In this document: positions 1-12,174 of the stretch, piece by piece | Layout of the letters: each line of letters opens with the position of its first letter | Numbering within the stretch: the stretch's first letter is position 1 | Assembly: GCA_043228905.1 (NCBI GenBank) | Contig: JBHGNT010000022.1 | Location: forward strand, 12,276,001-12,340,000 | DNA: 64,000 nucleotides | DNA from: Azolla caroliniana | Lineage: Eukaryota; Plantae; Polypodiophyta | Direction of reading: 5' to 3' | Made by a program: the position numbers and the translations under genes | The notes under the pieces: model-generated | What the model was told of the DNA's origin: nothing | What the model saw: only the letters and a program-made list of their open reading frames with translations | The model's database searches: none

Positions 1-130
1 AAAGTGGATTGTGGGGGTTCAAAAAGTTTCTTCTAGAAGACTCACAAGTCATTATGTTTTCTATGATGAAGGTATTCAAAACATAGCAAAATTCTCAAAG
101 TGATGTGACTAAGTGAGTGGGAATTGTTAG

Positions 131-137
131 TATAAAT
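131..137 (+). promoter_or_regulatory. TATA box of PR-10 gene copy 1
   Basis: TATAAAT lies 125 bp upstream of the ATG at 256. The same motif sits at the homologous position upstream of copies 2 and 3 (24841-24847 and 53908-53914, minus strand). Confidence 0.7.
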
Positions 138-255
138 GTGTGTAGGGGGGCGAATGTGAAGATCAAGAGAAGTTGTATACATATTCCAGCAAGAAAGAGC
201 GAGTAATAAAAACACCAACAACAAATCTAGTACACCACATACATTAACACATAAG

Positions 256-849
256 ATGGCGATAGAGGTGTATAGCGACAAGGTGGAGTTGAAAGTGTCG
301 GCCAAGAGAGTGTGGAAGGCTGCATTCGAGGATGCCCATTCCGTTTTACCCAAAGCATCCCCTGACGTAGTGGAGCGAGTGGAGTATGAGGGTGCCAGTT
401 TCGACGTGGGCTCTATTCGTACCATCCACTTTGTGAAGAGTATGTTGTTTATTCATAGTTTACATTTTTTTTCACTCTTTAGTCACCAATCATAATACCT
501 TCTGTGCATTACCTCTTCCCTAGGCTATGTTGAGAAGAACTCTGTGGAGAAGCACCCTGGGCATCATGTCTTCTTCACCAAGGAGAAGATCCTCGAACTC
601 GACTCACATGCCCTTTCTGTGAAGGTTGATATAATTGAAGGTGGCTTTATTGGCATCCTAGTTAAACATTACAAGGGCACGTTCCATGTCAAAGAGACTG
701 GACCTCACACAAGTGTTGTCCATTTTACCTTCGAGTATGAGGCCCTCTCAGAGACACACAAATCTCACGTCCCAATTGCCCTCAAGGAAGCCGTTCCCAA
801 GAGTTTCCTCAATATTGAGGACTTCCTTCTCGCCCACCCGGAGTATTGA
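256..849 (+). CDS. PR-10/Bet v1-like protein, copy 1 (exons 256-439, 524-849; 169 aa)
   Basis: A GT..AG intron at 440-523 falls in codon 62 (phase 1), the conserved PR-10 intron position. The spliced 510-nt ORF has Bet v1 motifs: SAKRVWKAAFEDAHSVLPK, VGSIRTIHF, KEKILELD, IIEGG, and a C-terminal helix ending IEDFLLAHPEY. Confidence 0.92.
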
Positions 850-1446
850 TCATGCCATAAATACTTCCTTTGTTTCAAACATCCACACTAAATAAGTTTA
901 TTGCATCAAATGGCACCCCAATGGTATACTAGAACATGGAAATTGAATAAAACATTCACCACTTATTGTCTCTACAATGTTAAGTGTGTGAAATACATCG
1001 ATTGTGTTTTCCACATTGTTTTTATTAATATGATAATATGTTGTTAAACCATCTTAGTGTCAAAGAGAAAGAAATGATATCACAAGAAAATTATATGATA
1101 AGGATTGTCTATATTGTAAATTTGTAATTATTGCAAAAACCACGCAATGTATGATTAGAACTTTGGAAAATATCTTAAAGTCTGTGTCTATGAATCAAGT
1201 AATTAACCACACTTGGTTATAAAAAGTATGGTAGAGACTAATTAGACTATCATTAATTATAGCTATTTCTTTAGATAATTTTAGGATCGCGGCATTTTGT
1301 AGAATTCTTGCATGTGCTTATTTCTTCAATCAAAGGAAGTTTTGATAAATCATACTATGCTAATATGGACAATGTAATCATATATTGCCTTTTTTTTTTG
1401 CTCTCAATGTTAGAGCTTTAAATACGAACCTTGTGAGTGCTTTTTA

Positions 1447-1549
1447 CCATTGCCACTACATTTCAAAGCTATTGCAATGCATGTAGACACTTGATTTCCA
1501 TTGCCACTACATTTCAAAGCTATTGCAATGCATGTAGACACTTGATTTC
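1447..1549. repeat. Perfect 51-bp tandem duplication
   Basis: ccattgccactacatttcaaagctattgcaatgcatgtagacacttgattt occurs twice head-to-tail. Confidence 0.95.
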
Positions 1550-1954
1550 GACTAGATATGAAGACATGTGTTCTTTTCTGAGATGTTTTTCAGCCTTCTA
1601 AACTTTTCACATGATGTTTTCACACTTAACGAGCTTTGCTTGTTATTGAAATACTCGTGTCTAACTAATAATGCGTGTGTCTAAAATAACCCGTTCATGG
1701 TTGCCGCGACAAGTTTTCGATGTTATTTTGTAAGTGTATATACTCATAAACATTGCACTATAACAATGAAATATTTTAAGATGGATTAGGTTCTAACTGG
1801 GTGCACGCATACTCTAGTTTCTCAAACATTTCAAAGTTTACTTTAGGCAATACCACATGGGCATCCTCAAATGTGCCATCCCAAACCATGTTGGCAGGCA
1901 TTTTCAACCTTATCTTGTATGATAAACCTCAATGATGATGTGAGTGGCAATGGT

Positions 1955-2201
1955 GGCTTACATGTTGGTCACCAACATATATACCAAACCATTTGTTGCC
2001 AAAGCATGTATATATGACTCCTTTAATCCTAACATGATCCCAATTATTTATAGTTTATCGAGACACACCTCCACTACCATGTTTCCTTTCAATGGATATG
2101 ATAGCTTACATGTTGGTTCACAACATATATACAAAACCATTTCTATCTAGAACATATATGATTTGTCTAATCCTCACATGATCCCAAATTATAGTTTATC
2201 G
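1955..2201. repeat. Diverged ~100-bp direct repeat pair
   Basis: gcttacatgttgg...caacatatatac.aaaccattt...taatcct.acatgatccca...tatagtttatcg occurs at ~1955-2060 and ~2103-2201. Confidence 0.75.
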
Positions 2202-3148
2202 CCGTAAATCCCTCTCACTTAACCACATCACTTTAAGAGTCTCATACACTTACAGTTACACCTCCACTACAAAAAACAAGAGATGAACAATCCCAAATGT
2301 CTTTGTTTCACATCATTTTTGAGTTTTTTGTACAATTTGGATAGACCCACCTTAGAAGAGTCTAATCCATTCTTCTAATACATCCCCCCTAGTCTGATTG
2401 TAAAGAGTAAGTGAACCTTTTAAGTCTAGTTTCGTTGTACTAAATGTGCACATGAAGGGGGAACAAAAAGGGAAAAGACAAACCCAAACCACGTGTACCT
2501 TAGAGGAAGGATTTGTTTCTCACAAATAACACATAGAGAGAAAGTAAAATTTTGTAGCTTATATAAGATACATTCTCTCTTTCTAAGCCATTGTAATGAT
2601 ATAGCCATAATTTACGAGGAATCGATGGTGACAAACTTTGTTAGACTATTATAATGTCTTCTAACTATAGAGAAAAAAACTAAATTAGCACACTTTTTAA
2701 ATGTATATAAAAACTTTTTCTATTGTGAGGTATGTAAACAAGTTGGTTGGTCTTGTTAGTGGCTTCACGCTTCGTTACCTAAAATTCTTTACCATAAGCC
2801 TAATTACACAACAAAGATAGCAAACATGAGCCCAAATAGATAAAAATAAACTCAATATTAGTTGGAGATATTGACATCATCTTGATTATTTGAGGCTCAC
2901 AATATTTAAAACTTTTGCATCAAATAATGTTAACTAATTGGAAACGGTTTTTTTAACAAACATAACAACTAATTTGCAAATGTTTTAAAAAAGTAGAAAG
3001 TAAGGAAATTAGGGTCCTCAATACAAGCCTAGGCTTGAGAGAAAAACATGTATCATTTTGGATGAAAAAACTCAATCTAACCAATTTTGGGCATGGGCAT
3101 GCATGCACATTTTTGAAGATTACATGACCATATACTCTAACACAAACA

Positions 3149-3665
3149 ATAGTGAATGAGGTATATAGCTACAAGGTGAAGTGGAAAGTGTTCATCAAGA
3201 TTTGGTGGAAGGCCGCATTGGGGATGCTCATTCAATTCTAACCAAAGTTTCCCTAAAGGTGTAAAAGAGTGAAGTATATGGTTGTGTATTTTGAAGTAGG
3301 CTTTATTTGTTGTGTACTTTACATTGAACTTTGCCACTCCCTCATCACCAATCATAACACCTTCACTTGTTTGCCTCTTCCCTAAGCTATGTTGAGAAGA
3401 ACATTGCAGAGAAGCACCTTTATGACCATGTCCTGTTGATCAAGGATAAGATCCTTGAACTCGATTCACTTGCACTTTTTGTGAAGGTCATTTTCATTGA
3501 AGGTGGCTTTCTTTGTGCGCTTGTTAAAAAATACAAGTGCCTACTTCAAATTGGACCTTATACAACTGTTGTCCCTTTTTTCAAGTATTAGGCCCTCTCA
3601 AAGACACACAAATCTCACATTGTATTTGCCCTCAAGGAAGTTGCTCCCAAGAGTTTCTTCTCTAC
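3149..3665 (+). pseudogene. PR-10/Bet v1-like pseudogene
   Basis: Colinear with copy 1 (EVYSYKV..., YVEKNIAEKH...KDKILELDSLALFVKVIFIEGG, ALKEVAPK). It has ATG->ATA, frameshifts, a lost AG acceptor (ctaag) and a premature stop. The downstream ~3720-3820 also resembles the copy 1 3' UTR. Confidence 0.88.
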
Positions 3666-5059
3666 CATGTTGTTTATTGGTAATCCCATAAACATTTAAT
3701 TACCATCAAATATACACATTAAATAAGCTTTGTACATCAAATTACATCTAAATGACATACTAAAGCAGAAAAGTCTAATAAAGAATATTCATCACTTCTT
3801 TTGTCTGTCGATGTTAAAAGTGTACCAATGATTCTATTGTATTGTAGTTGGATAACAATGTTATGTTTATATCTACAAATGACCCCCTATATTTTCCCCA
3901 AGTTAGAATGTAATGTAACAATTGTTATGTATTCTATCATCATCTTAGGTTTGAGTTGTCTATGTTGATTTGATAGTTGGGGACTGTTTCACTCTCCTTA
4001 ATTTGCACAAACACACTTAATAGGAAAAATACACCATGCTTCCCAAGGCTTAGTTTAGACTACTTGACGACATTTTACTTGACTTCCCACTCATACGATA
4101 TGTTTCACGAGTATGGGGCGACACTCTAAACAATATTCCTCCTCAAATACCCCTACTCCAACAAAAACACTCTTAATGGACAAAACACATTATGCTTATC
4201 GAGGCTTCAGTAAGTTTAGACTACTCGAAAGCATTCTACTTGACATCCTACTCTTATGGTCCTTTGTGTGAGAATGGTATGATAAAGTAAGCAATGTTCT
4301 TCCTCAAATGCTCTTGCCCTCAACCATTGGTTATAATCTCTACTGTACATTCTTTACAAACCAAAGAATGGTACATGGAAGTGTGAGGCGATGACAATAC
4401 ATCATGACACAAAGGATAAACACAACTTTACATAGACAAAGAATGAGGATTAGACAATAAGTAACTCGAAAATCACCATTTGAGGTGCTTAAATATATTT
4501 AAACAACAATTCTCTATCCTGCTATGTAACTTTCATATTTATTCATTGGGTCAATAGATTAGGAATTCCTTTTACAATAGCAATAGCCCTACAACCTAAT
4601 TAAATATGCTTAGTTGTATTGCTAATTTACAATTCGATCCATGTGATCATTATATACCCATTGGATGACCATGAGGCACATATGTGAGGATTCCATTGCT
4701 TTGATGTAGAGTATCCAAAGGGAGAAAAAGGTTGAATTATCAAGGTTACATCAGAAGGAAAAGGGAGGAGATGAATATTAAGTTATTAATAAAATGCATC
4801 TCAAATGGAAAGAGTTCGTCATTCAAAGAATAGGGTCAAGACTTTGAACCCTACTCATGGGAATGGAGGAAAAAAGATTCAAGCTAAAAAGTGTAAATGA
4901 TAACATGCAACAAGTGTTAAATATGAACGTGTTAACAAACATGTTCCTAGTATCAAGTGCCCATGCGAACATAACAAATGAAGTCACAACTTTTGAGAAT
5001 CATGAAGGTGTTGTTGTGATGTGGTGTGGCTAAAGGTAGAAAAGGGGTGCACAAAAATA

Positions 5060-5075
5060 TACATACATACATACA

Positions 5076-5105
<30 letters not shown>
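5060..5105. repeat. (TACA)n microsatellite, ~11 units
   Basis: Direct reading. Confidence 0.95.
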
Positions 5106-5109
<4 letters not shown>

Positions 5110-5111
<2 letters not shown>

Positions 5112-5534
5112 TTCCCCAAAAAAACTCCTTCCATTAGTTATAAAATTTTACAAATGAGACGATTATGTACAAATCCCTAAAGGGACGTGATAGTTCCATC
5201 TTATGTGGATGCCCACTGACTCAAGAAAGGGAGAGGATGACCATTGTTGGATGAAGGCTATTCGTTCTCTTTCAACTCCCTCGGAGCCGCCTGTAAGGCC
5301 ATCATATTGGCTCTTCAGAGTGGCTACAATTTCACTCCATATCTCTTGTAGTAACCTTGTTGGATGTGTGGTTTGGTTGGAGAAGACTCGCCTACATTGT
5401 TGTTTCCATAGAATCCAAAGAGTTATTGGGCTGACCAATTCCAACATCTCTTGAGATTTGTCATTAAGAGGAGTGGAGTGGACATTGCCGCTAGAGGATA
5501 AAAAGACCTCTTGTGCTTTTATCACCAAAGTCAT
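5110..5534 (-). mobile_element. 5'-truncated LINE 3' fragment (C-terminus of ORF2)
   Basis: ORF 5163-5534 has ITLWILWKQQCRRVF, the W-I-W-x-x-R/C motif after the zf-RVT region. It is homologous to the end of the LINE at 9514-9945 (ILMWVIWKAQCTTIF...TLRDQYE vs TLKSQYD). Confidence 0.75.
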
Positions 5535-5563
5535 CCCCTCTTTGAAAAAATTATATTAAATAA

Positions 5564-5636
5564 AGGTTAATAACTTAGTGGTTAGAATTATTGACCTTAT
5601 ACTATAAAGTGCAAAGTTTGAATCTTTGTAACGTGG
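5564..5636 (+). other. Degenerate tRNA-derived (SINE-head-like) sequence
   Basis: A-box-like TAACTTAGTGG (5571-5581) and a T-arm CAAAG-TTTGAAT-CTTTG (5612-5628) occur at tRNA spacing. There is no intact acceptor or anticodon stem. Confidence 0.45.
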
Positions 5637-5639
5637 TGC

Positions 5640-6486
5640 AAATTAAGGATTATTTATTTTCTTTTCATTTTCAAAGCAAAAAGGGAATAAAAGCATTAAA
5701 TGTCGAAATTAGGCGCCTCTTTTTCTATGAAAGGAAGAAAAGAGGGTTTATTTCAGGTCACTCATTTTGTGTTTCAAGAGTGCACCGTTAGGGTTTTGTT
5801 GTGCTTTTCTTCTTCTCCTCAACGTACTAGAGGTCTTAGGGTTTTTTTTTCCCTCTTTGTCGTGAATATTAGGGTTCTTAGTTCTTGTTCTACTTATTGT
5901 TCTTCTTGTTCTCAAGCGTACCTTGTTCTCCTCAACCATTGCATGTTGGTGAAATTCAAGGAGAGGTTTGGCAAGTTCGCACACCAATCGTTTGAAGGGA
6001 GGACCAAGTGGCCCGAGAACACTACTCTAATTTGAGGCATCATAGATGTCAGAGGTAGTTGCGGTCTCGATGGCCCACTCGACGCACCTACTCTAGGAGT
6101 GTCAACCCTCTTACTTTTGTTTCCATTTGTATTAGTGGCTAACTTGAAGTTACCAACTTACCACCATTCTAAACTTCCTCGTAAATTGTAAACCCTATTT
6201 TATAAAGGGAATTTCTTTCGTAATCTATCGCTTTCAACCTAAAAGAAGGCCCATTTTGGACTTAATATTGTGAAATCCCATCATAACGTCATGTTCTTTG
6301 GGCTAATCGCGTGTTTTGATCTTAACCTCGCGCATTAATCGTTCTTCGACTCATCACTCCCTTCGACTCCTACAAGCCTTCAACTCTCTAAATGTTTGCA
6401 CCCTATTAGTCTTTGCATCCTCCCTAGTCCAAGACCCTCGCCGTTCTGCTCAAGTAGTACACGCTGTCGTGACGTAGTTGGCCTAG
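5640..6486. mobile_element. Unclassified LTR-like repeat, apparently related to the insertion at 44241-44790
   Basis: Shares ctat.aaagga, cgttagggtt and tagtccaagaccc motifs with 44241-44790, in the same order. No credible coding capacity. Boundaries are approximate. Confidence 0.4.
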
Positions 6487-8099
6487 AAGCGTAGCATTGC
6501 TTGGATAGAAGATAACGTGAAAGTGAGGACAGAATCATGGGATTTTTGGATGGAAGAGACGAAACGAGTAGAGATGTAGTAAAGAGAGATCAACGAGATA
6601 TTACAAAATAAAATGTAAAATGATATTTGAGGGAATATAAGAAATTTATAATTATTTCATGAAAGAGTTACAAAATGGTTGTGAGCATTCGTATTATTGA
6701 ATCTTTGCACTTTTTCTCACAAGGTAATCACTCTTCTCTTTCTTGACAATAGACCATAATATTCTCTTCTATCTTTCGATGAGGATAAGACTTCTGCACC
6801 CTTTCATTGCGAGTTAAGCACCACAATCGCCAAGCTAGTTCTTCTCTTACATCTTTAGTTTTTATAATCTCTTTCCTTCTATTTCTTATGATATATCTTA
6901 TAATATAATTATTTTCGATATCCCTTGTGAGGACACTTCTTATTTTATAGGAAAGGGATGCTCTTACATGTGTGCCATATGGTGGATGCGTAGTACATTG
7001 CATGGTTTAGACTACACAAGATTATTTTAAATAAAGTATATGTGGGTGTGTGTGTGGATATGCATATGTCTTTAATATTGGTTATAAGGTGGAGGTTGTA
7101 GGTTCAAATCCCCGTTTGCCTATACAATATAATTTTTTGCTTCATTCGTCTCTTCATATAATATAATATTATCATAGTGCTTTATTAAGATGACCTCTAT
7201 GTATACTACAAATATGGCCTAAACACTATCAAGATTCATCTTATTTTAGTTATGTATTTATTTTATTGTGAAGCCTTCCTACTTCATGACAACGCACACA
7301 CATTTTAGCAACAACGTGTGGGAGGCCTATGACAACCAAGGTAATGTGGTTGTCGATGTTAGATTCACCAAAATGAAATTGAAATATATCCACCAACACA
7401 CATTTATTCTTGTTTCGTCCTTCTTGTAATCTTTACATCCTATGTAAAAGGGAGTTCCAACTTATGTAATTAGAATTATTTGAACCATATTGCTGAATTT
7501 GATGCGGCTTCGTGGAATCTATTAACACAGTTCTCCTTGTGTTTTATTTTTTACATTTATAATTACTTATTTTTTACATTTATAATTTTATAATCAGATA
7601 ATTACTTATTTATTTTTTTCGAAAAGATATGCCTTGGTATTATAAAATCATAAGAACTACAAAAGTTGTGTTGGATAAACAAATATACCAACAGATTCGC
7701 TTGTACTCTCATCATGGCTGAATTGATGAGTATATACAATAACCACACATAGTTTTTTGTACATTCCTTGCTTTCTCCAAGCCGTGAGCTTGGGTTCATG
7801 ATGCTTGATTTGTGACGTCAAGTCTCCCTAGATGTTTGCATTATGGGTAGAAATTTCATTGCATGGTCATCAACATCCACGATATATTCATGTTCATAGG
7901 TTGCAGAGTCATGTTCCCTTATATACAACCACCATCGATATAGAAATCCCTGTTAATCTCATCAGTAAAAGCGTCCATGACATGTTCATTGATATAGATA
8001 TCAATGGTATGTTCATGTTTATGAGTTGTCAGAACCCACCAAATTCATCAATTCATCCATGATCATTATATGCAACCATAGTATGCTCATTGACATAAA

Positions 8100-9200
8100 C
8101 ATCCATGGCATTTTCATATTCTTGTTTTCGCCAAGAATAATGTTTTATTCAGATCATGTTACCAGGACTTCCAAATATATTAGCCATGAGAACATATGAC
8201 ACTGTACCATTATTATGTAGTTGTATTGCAAAGATAATCTCCAAAGCTTCTCATTTCCCCATTTCCTAGAAGCACCCAATAGTGAAATCCATATGACTGA
8301 ATACTCAAAAAATGGCATTACCTTGATCATTGAAATAGCCTTATCATATTACCCCCCACATCCAAATACTACAACCATGCAATTAAGATGCTCTAAGTTT
8401 GGAGAAATACAATATTTTGTGGTCATAATCTAAAAAAGCATTTTGGCATCGTTTACGAGCCCAAAGTGACCACATGCACTCATCACACATACTAATGTTA
8501 TGCTGTCAGGAGATATGCCCTCACTTTCCCTGTGTTTGAAACACTTTAGGGCTTCATGTGCTTGTCCTTATTGAGCATAGCCAACAATAAGGGCGGACCA
8601 AGCCAACATATCTCAAAGATGAAGCTCTTCCAATACTTTTCTTGCTTTCTCAAGCATACCACATGTAGCATACATATGAACCAAGAAACTACATCTCGGA
8701 ATGGAAGCTCATCAAGTACATTTTGTGCTTTAATAGTCAAACCACAATCGGCATACATATCCACTAGTGCATTTCCAAGTGTGATATCTTTGAATAGAAA
8801 GCAATTAGAAACAATCTTTACATGACTTTTTATGCCCATTTCTACATCTCTTGCTATGCTACATGCTTTGAAGATGCAAATAAAGTTAATGGTATCAGGA
8901 GAGATGCTCTCTTTTTGCATCGTTTCGAAATATTTTAAAGCTTCATAAACTCGGTCTTCTTGTGCATAACCTGAAATTAAAGCATTCCACGATATAGCAT
9001 TTTAGGTTGGCAACTTTTCGAGCACTTTTTTACTTTCAAAAGAGCACCACATCCACATTTAGCATACATGGTGATCAAAGCGGTTGCTAGATACAGGGTT
9101 CTTTCAAGCAACCCTTTTCTCATAATATATGCATGTATTTTAGAATCTCCACAAAGATCCTTCCTTTGAGCACAAGCTTTGAGAAATGCCACAACATTGA
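8100..9200 (-). pseudogene. PLS-class pentatricopeptide repeat (PPR) pseudogene with E-motif remnant
   Basis: Fragments include LATALITMYAKCG, MQKESISPDTINFICIFKACS, LGNALVDMYADCG...RDVVSW, SPDSITLVCVMSACGH, EHLNCMV and WISLLGA. Broken by frameshifts and stops. Confidence 0.85.
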
Positions 9201-11726
9201 TGATACCTTATCAATGGCAGTTTTTTCCTTGTTACTGTTTGATAAAACTCGCATTGAAACATTGTCATTCTAACAATATCTCTAATAAGTCCTTCACTTG
9301 AATGCCAAAAAATACTAATTTTTTAACTAAACTTTGAGCAGTTTGTTGTTGTTTTTGGATTTCCGCTTATTCAAATTCTGATTGATGTCTCTCTTTTATA
9401 ATCCATCTTGCAACTTGTGCAACAGCAACAAATTTCCAAAGCCGTTCCTCATAGCCGATTCGATGTGTATATACAAGAACTATACATATTTGCACACCAT
9501 ATCTCCAAGATTTTTATCGTCTAATCCTCCCAAACTGCAATTGAGCATACAATGTAACCCATACCACCAAGATTTGTAACAACAAAATGTCCATAAACAA
9601 AGTTAGTAGACATTGTTTAGGGTTTAGGACGGCAACAGTATACATCCAAATTATGTGATCTCCATCTTCCCTAAAAATGAGTATAGAGTCCCATAACCTT
9701 TTAAAATGCATTTGCTTCCTGAAAATAGCATCAACATTGCCTGTGAAACTTTCATATTGATCACGTAATGTATGAATAAGTAACAACCAAAATTCAGCAA
9801 TTATAACAGAGCCATCTTGACTGGCATTGTCAAATATTGTTGTGCATTGTGCCTTCCAAATTACCCACATCAGAATAGATGAAATTGTCTTCCAAATAAT
9901 ATCGTCCCTAAATTGCAAACTATCACTTATAAAAGGTTGGACCATTTATATATGATGAGGAAGTATGTGAAAGGCTTCCACTATATCCTCCTTTTCATAT
10001 AACAAGAGTTGTCCCTTTAGAATGCCCCAACTAACCGCTCCCCAAGTGATTACGCAATTAGTATGTATCAATATCAACAACCTTAATACTCTTTGCCATA
10101 CTTGCATAATTTTAGGACAAGAACACAATACGTGCTTAATTGATTCTATCATACATCCACAACCAAAACCACATGACTTACTATCTAATTGCCGCAACCA
10201 AGCCCGAACCGGTAGTGCATAATGGATCAATAACCAACAAAAAAGGACAATCTTCTTGGGAATTTGCATACTCCATAACCACTTCCAATATTTAGATGCA
10301 TCCATTAAAGAGGCCCCATTCACCAACCACACTTTCATAGCGGATGGTGGATGCAATTTCCTACTTAAGAGCAACTTTCGTCCCAACTTCATAGAATATT
10401 GAAAAAATTGAAAAAATTTAGTATGAGACGAAGGATTTGTATATTTCCAAAGATAATCAGAGGATCCCAAAGAAAGTCCATCAATGACTTTTAAAAAAAA
10501 AACCCATAGTTGGGGCTGTTTGCCAAGTTGACGATTCCACATAAGTCTGCCATAATCTTCCTTCCTCAGACACATCAAAATAGTAACAGTCTCCTTGAGA
10601 TGTCGTTCCTTTTGCTCCTAACATAACACCAACCGGAGTAAAATATCCGAACCAAACATGCTCAAAAGAAGGTGACCAATTAGATAGAAAATTCCCTAAA
10701 GATAATTGAATTTCATCAAACATAAGTCTAAAACCCCTACACATGGTAGCATCTAGTTGTGAATTATTAAGATGATAAACATAATTTCCCCAAGAGACTA
10801 CCGTGGCAGCTATACCATTATCCAACTTAGCCCACTGTAATCGCGGTCTACTGCTAAGAAATACACCCCTTTCATCAGAAAAAATAAAATTCCAAATCAA
10901 AGGTTGCCGCAACAGTTCTTCATTCGAAGAGGGGCATCTACGAATAAAAAAAAACTTTACAACATCCCATGCTTTACAAATGCCAACCATAAAACCATCT
11001 ATTGGACCATGTATCGGTCTTGTCTCAAATTTGACAAGAATACCCATCTTAGAGATGGTTTCCAAATCCCCCTCGAAGACGGTTTAATATCAAGCAATCG
11101 ATTTAAAAGCAACTTTGACCATATACCTTGAGCAAGCAACATAGCCCTAACAATAAATTTTGCCAAAAGAGCCTTACATAGGTTGTCTGGGTCTACCAAC
11201 CCTAAACCACCATCAAAAAATTGCGCCGTAAGTGTCGACCAAGCTACCTTTGCACGAGCATCATTATGACTTCGTCCTATCCAAATAAAGTTTCAAACCA
11301 GTCGTTGAATACATAACCAACAGGATCTAGAGAACAAACATGTGGATGCAATATACCACATCGATGAAAGGAGAACCTGATTAGCTATCATTACTCTGCC
11401 TGCTAAAGACAACTATGTAGTGTCCCCAAATCAACAATTTTTTCCTAAGTGATAACATTGGAGGAGCTAACAATCGTTCCTTATGCATATTTATACCAAC
11501 ATGACAACCTAAGTAATGAATTGAATCTCCTTCTTGAATCCAACGGAAAGACTCAGATGGTCTCCATGATGGCAATGGCCGTATAGAAACCCAAAAACCC
11601 ACTTATTCACACCAATTCACTTTTGCACTAGAGCTAACACAAAATATTTCTAATGCAGCCTGTACTTTACACAAATTACAAAGTACACAAATTACCTTCT
11701 TTAGCATGCATGTATAGTGTTGTATC

Positions 11727-12174
11727 TGTCATGAATCCGTGAACATTATGTGGCTTCATTTGAGCTTGAACCCACGACCTTGTAATACATAATCAAGAAC
11801 CTAACCATTAAGATAACATATGATTATATGAAATAATAAAAGCTACTTCTTGTAATAGACTGATATTGTAAATGTTCTAGAACATCCTAGAACATTCTAG
11901 AATATCCTAGAACATCTTAGAATATTCTAGGTCTAGAACATTCTAGAACATTATAGAAATCACTAGGTTATTCTATAGGAACCTATAAATATGGATATAC
12001 AATTCTTCTCAAAATCAATTCGAATCAACACCAGCCTTAAGCTCTCATCGCCTATCTTGTATCCATTCTTATTCTACTTTAATACATTCATTCTTCTCTT
12101 ATCATTTCATTCCTCTTCTTGTGATCTCTTTATATCTTTCTTCTATCACTTTACCTTCTCTCTTGGTTCTGACG
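11727..12174 (+). repeat. 5' LTR of chromovirus
   Basis: Direct repeat of 14649-15096. Contains a (ctagaacatt)-type tandem array at ~11875-11960 and a TATA box at 11984-11991. Confidence 0.95.

Noticed and set aside
2200-2400. Possible old LTR end plus PPT (ttctaata-catcccccct)
   Set aside because: No partner LTR or coding remnant, so too weak to annotate.
7060-7125. Functional tRNA gene
   Set aside because: Only a B-box is recognisable and no cloverleaf can be folded. The same applies to 5564-5636 and the LTR tRNA-like segments, which are reported as relics only.
11875-11960. Short regular ctagaacatt repeats as an independent satellite or array
   Set aside because: They are an internal part of both chromovirus LTRs.
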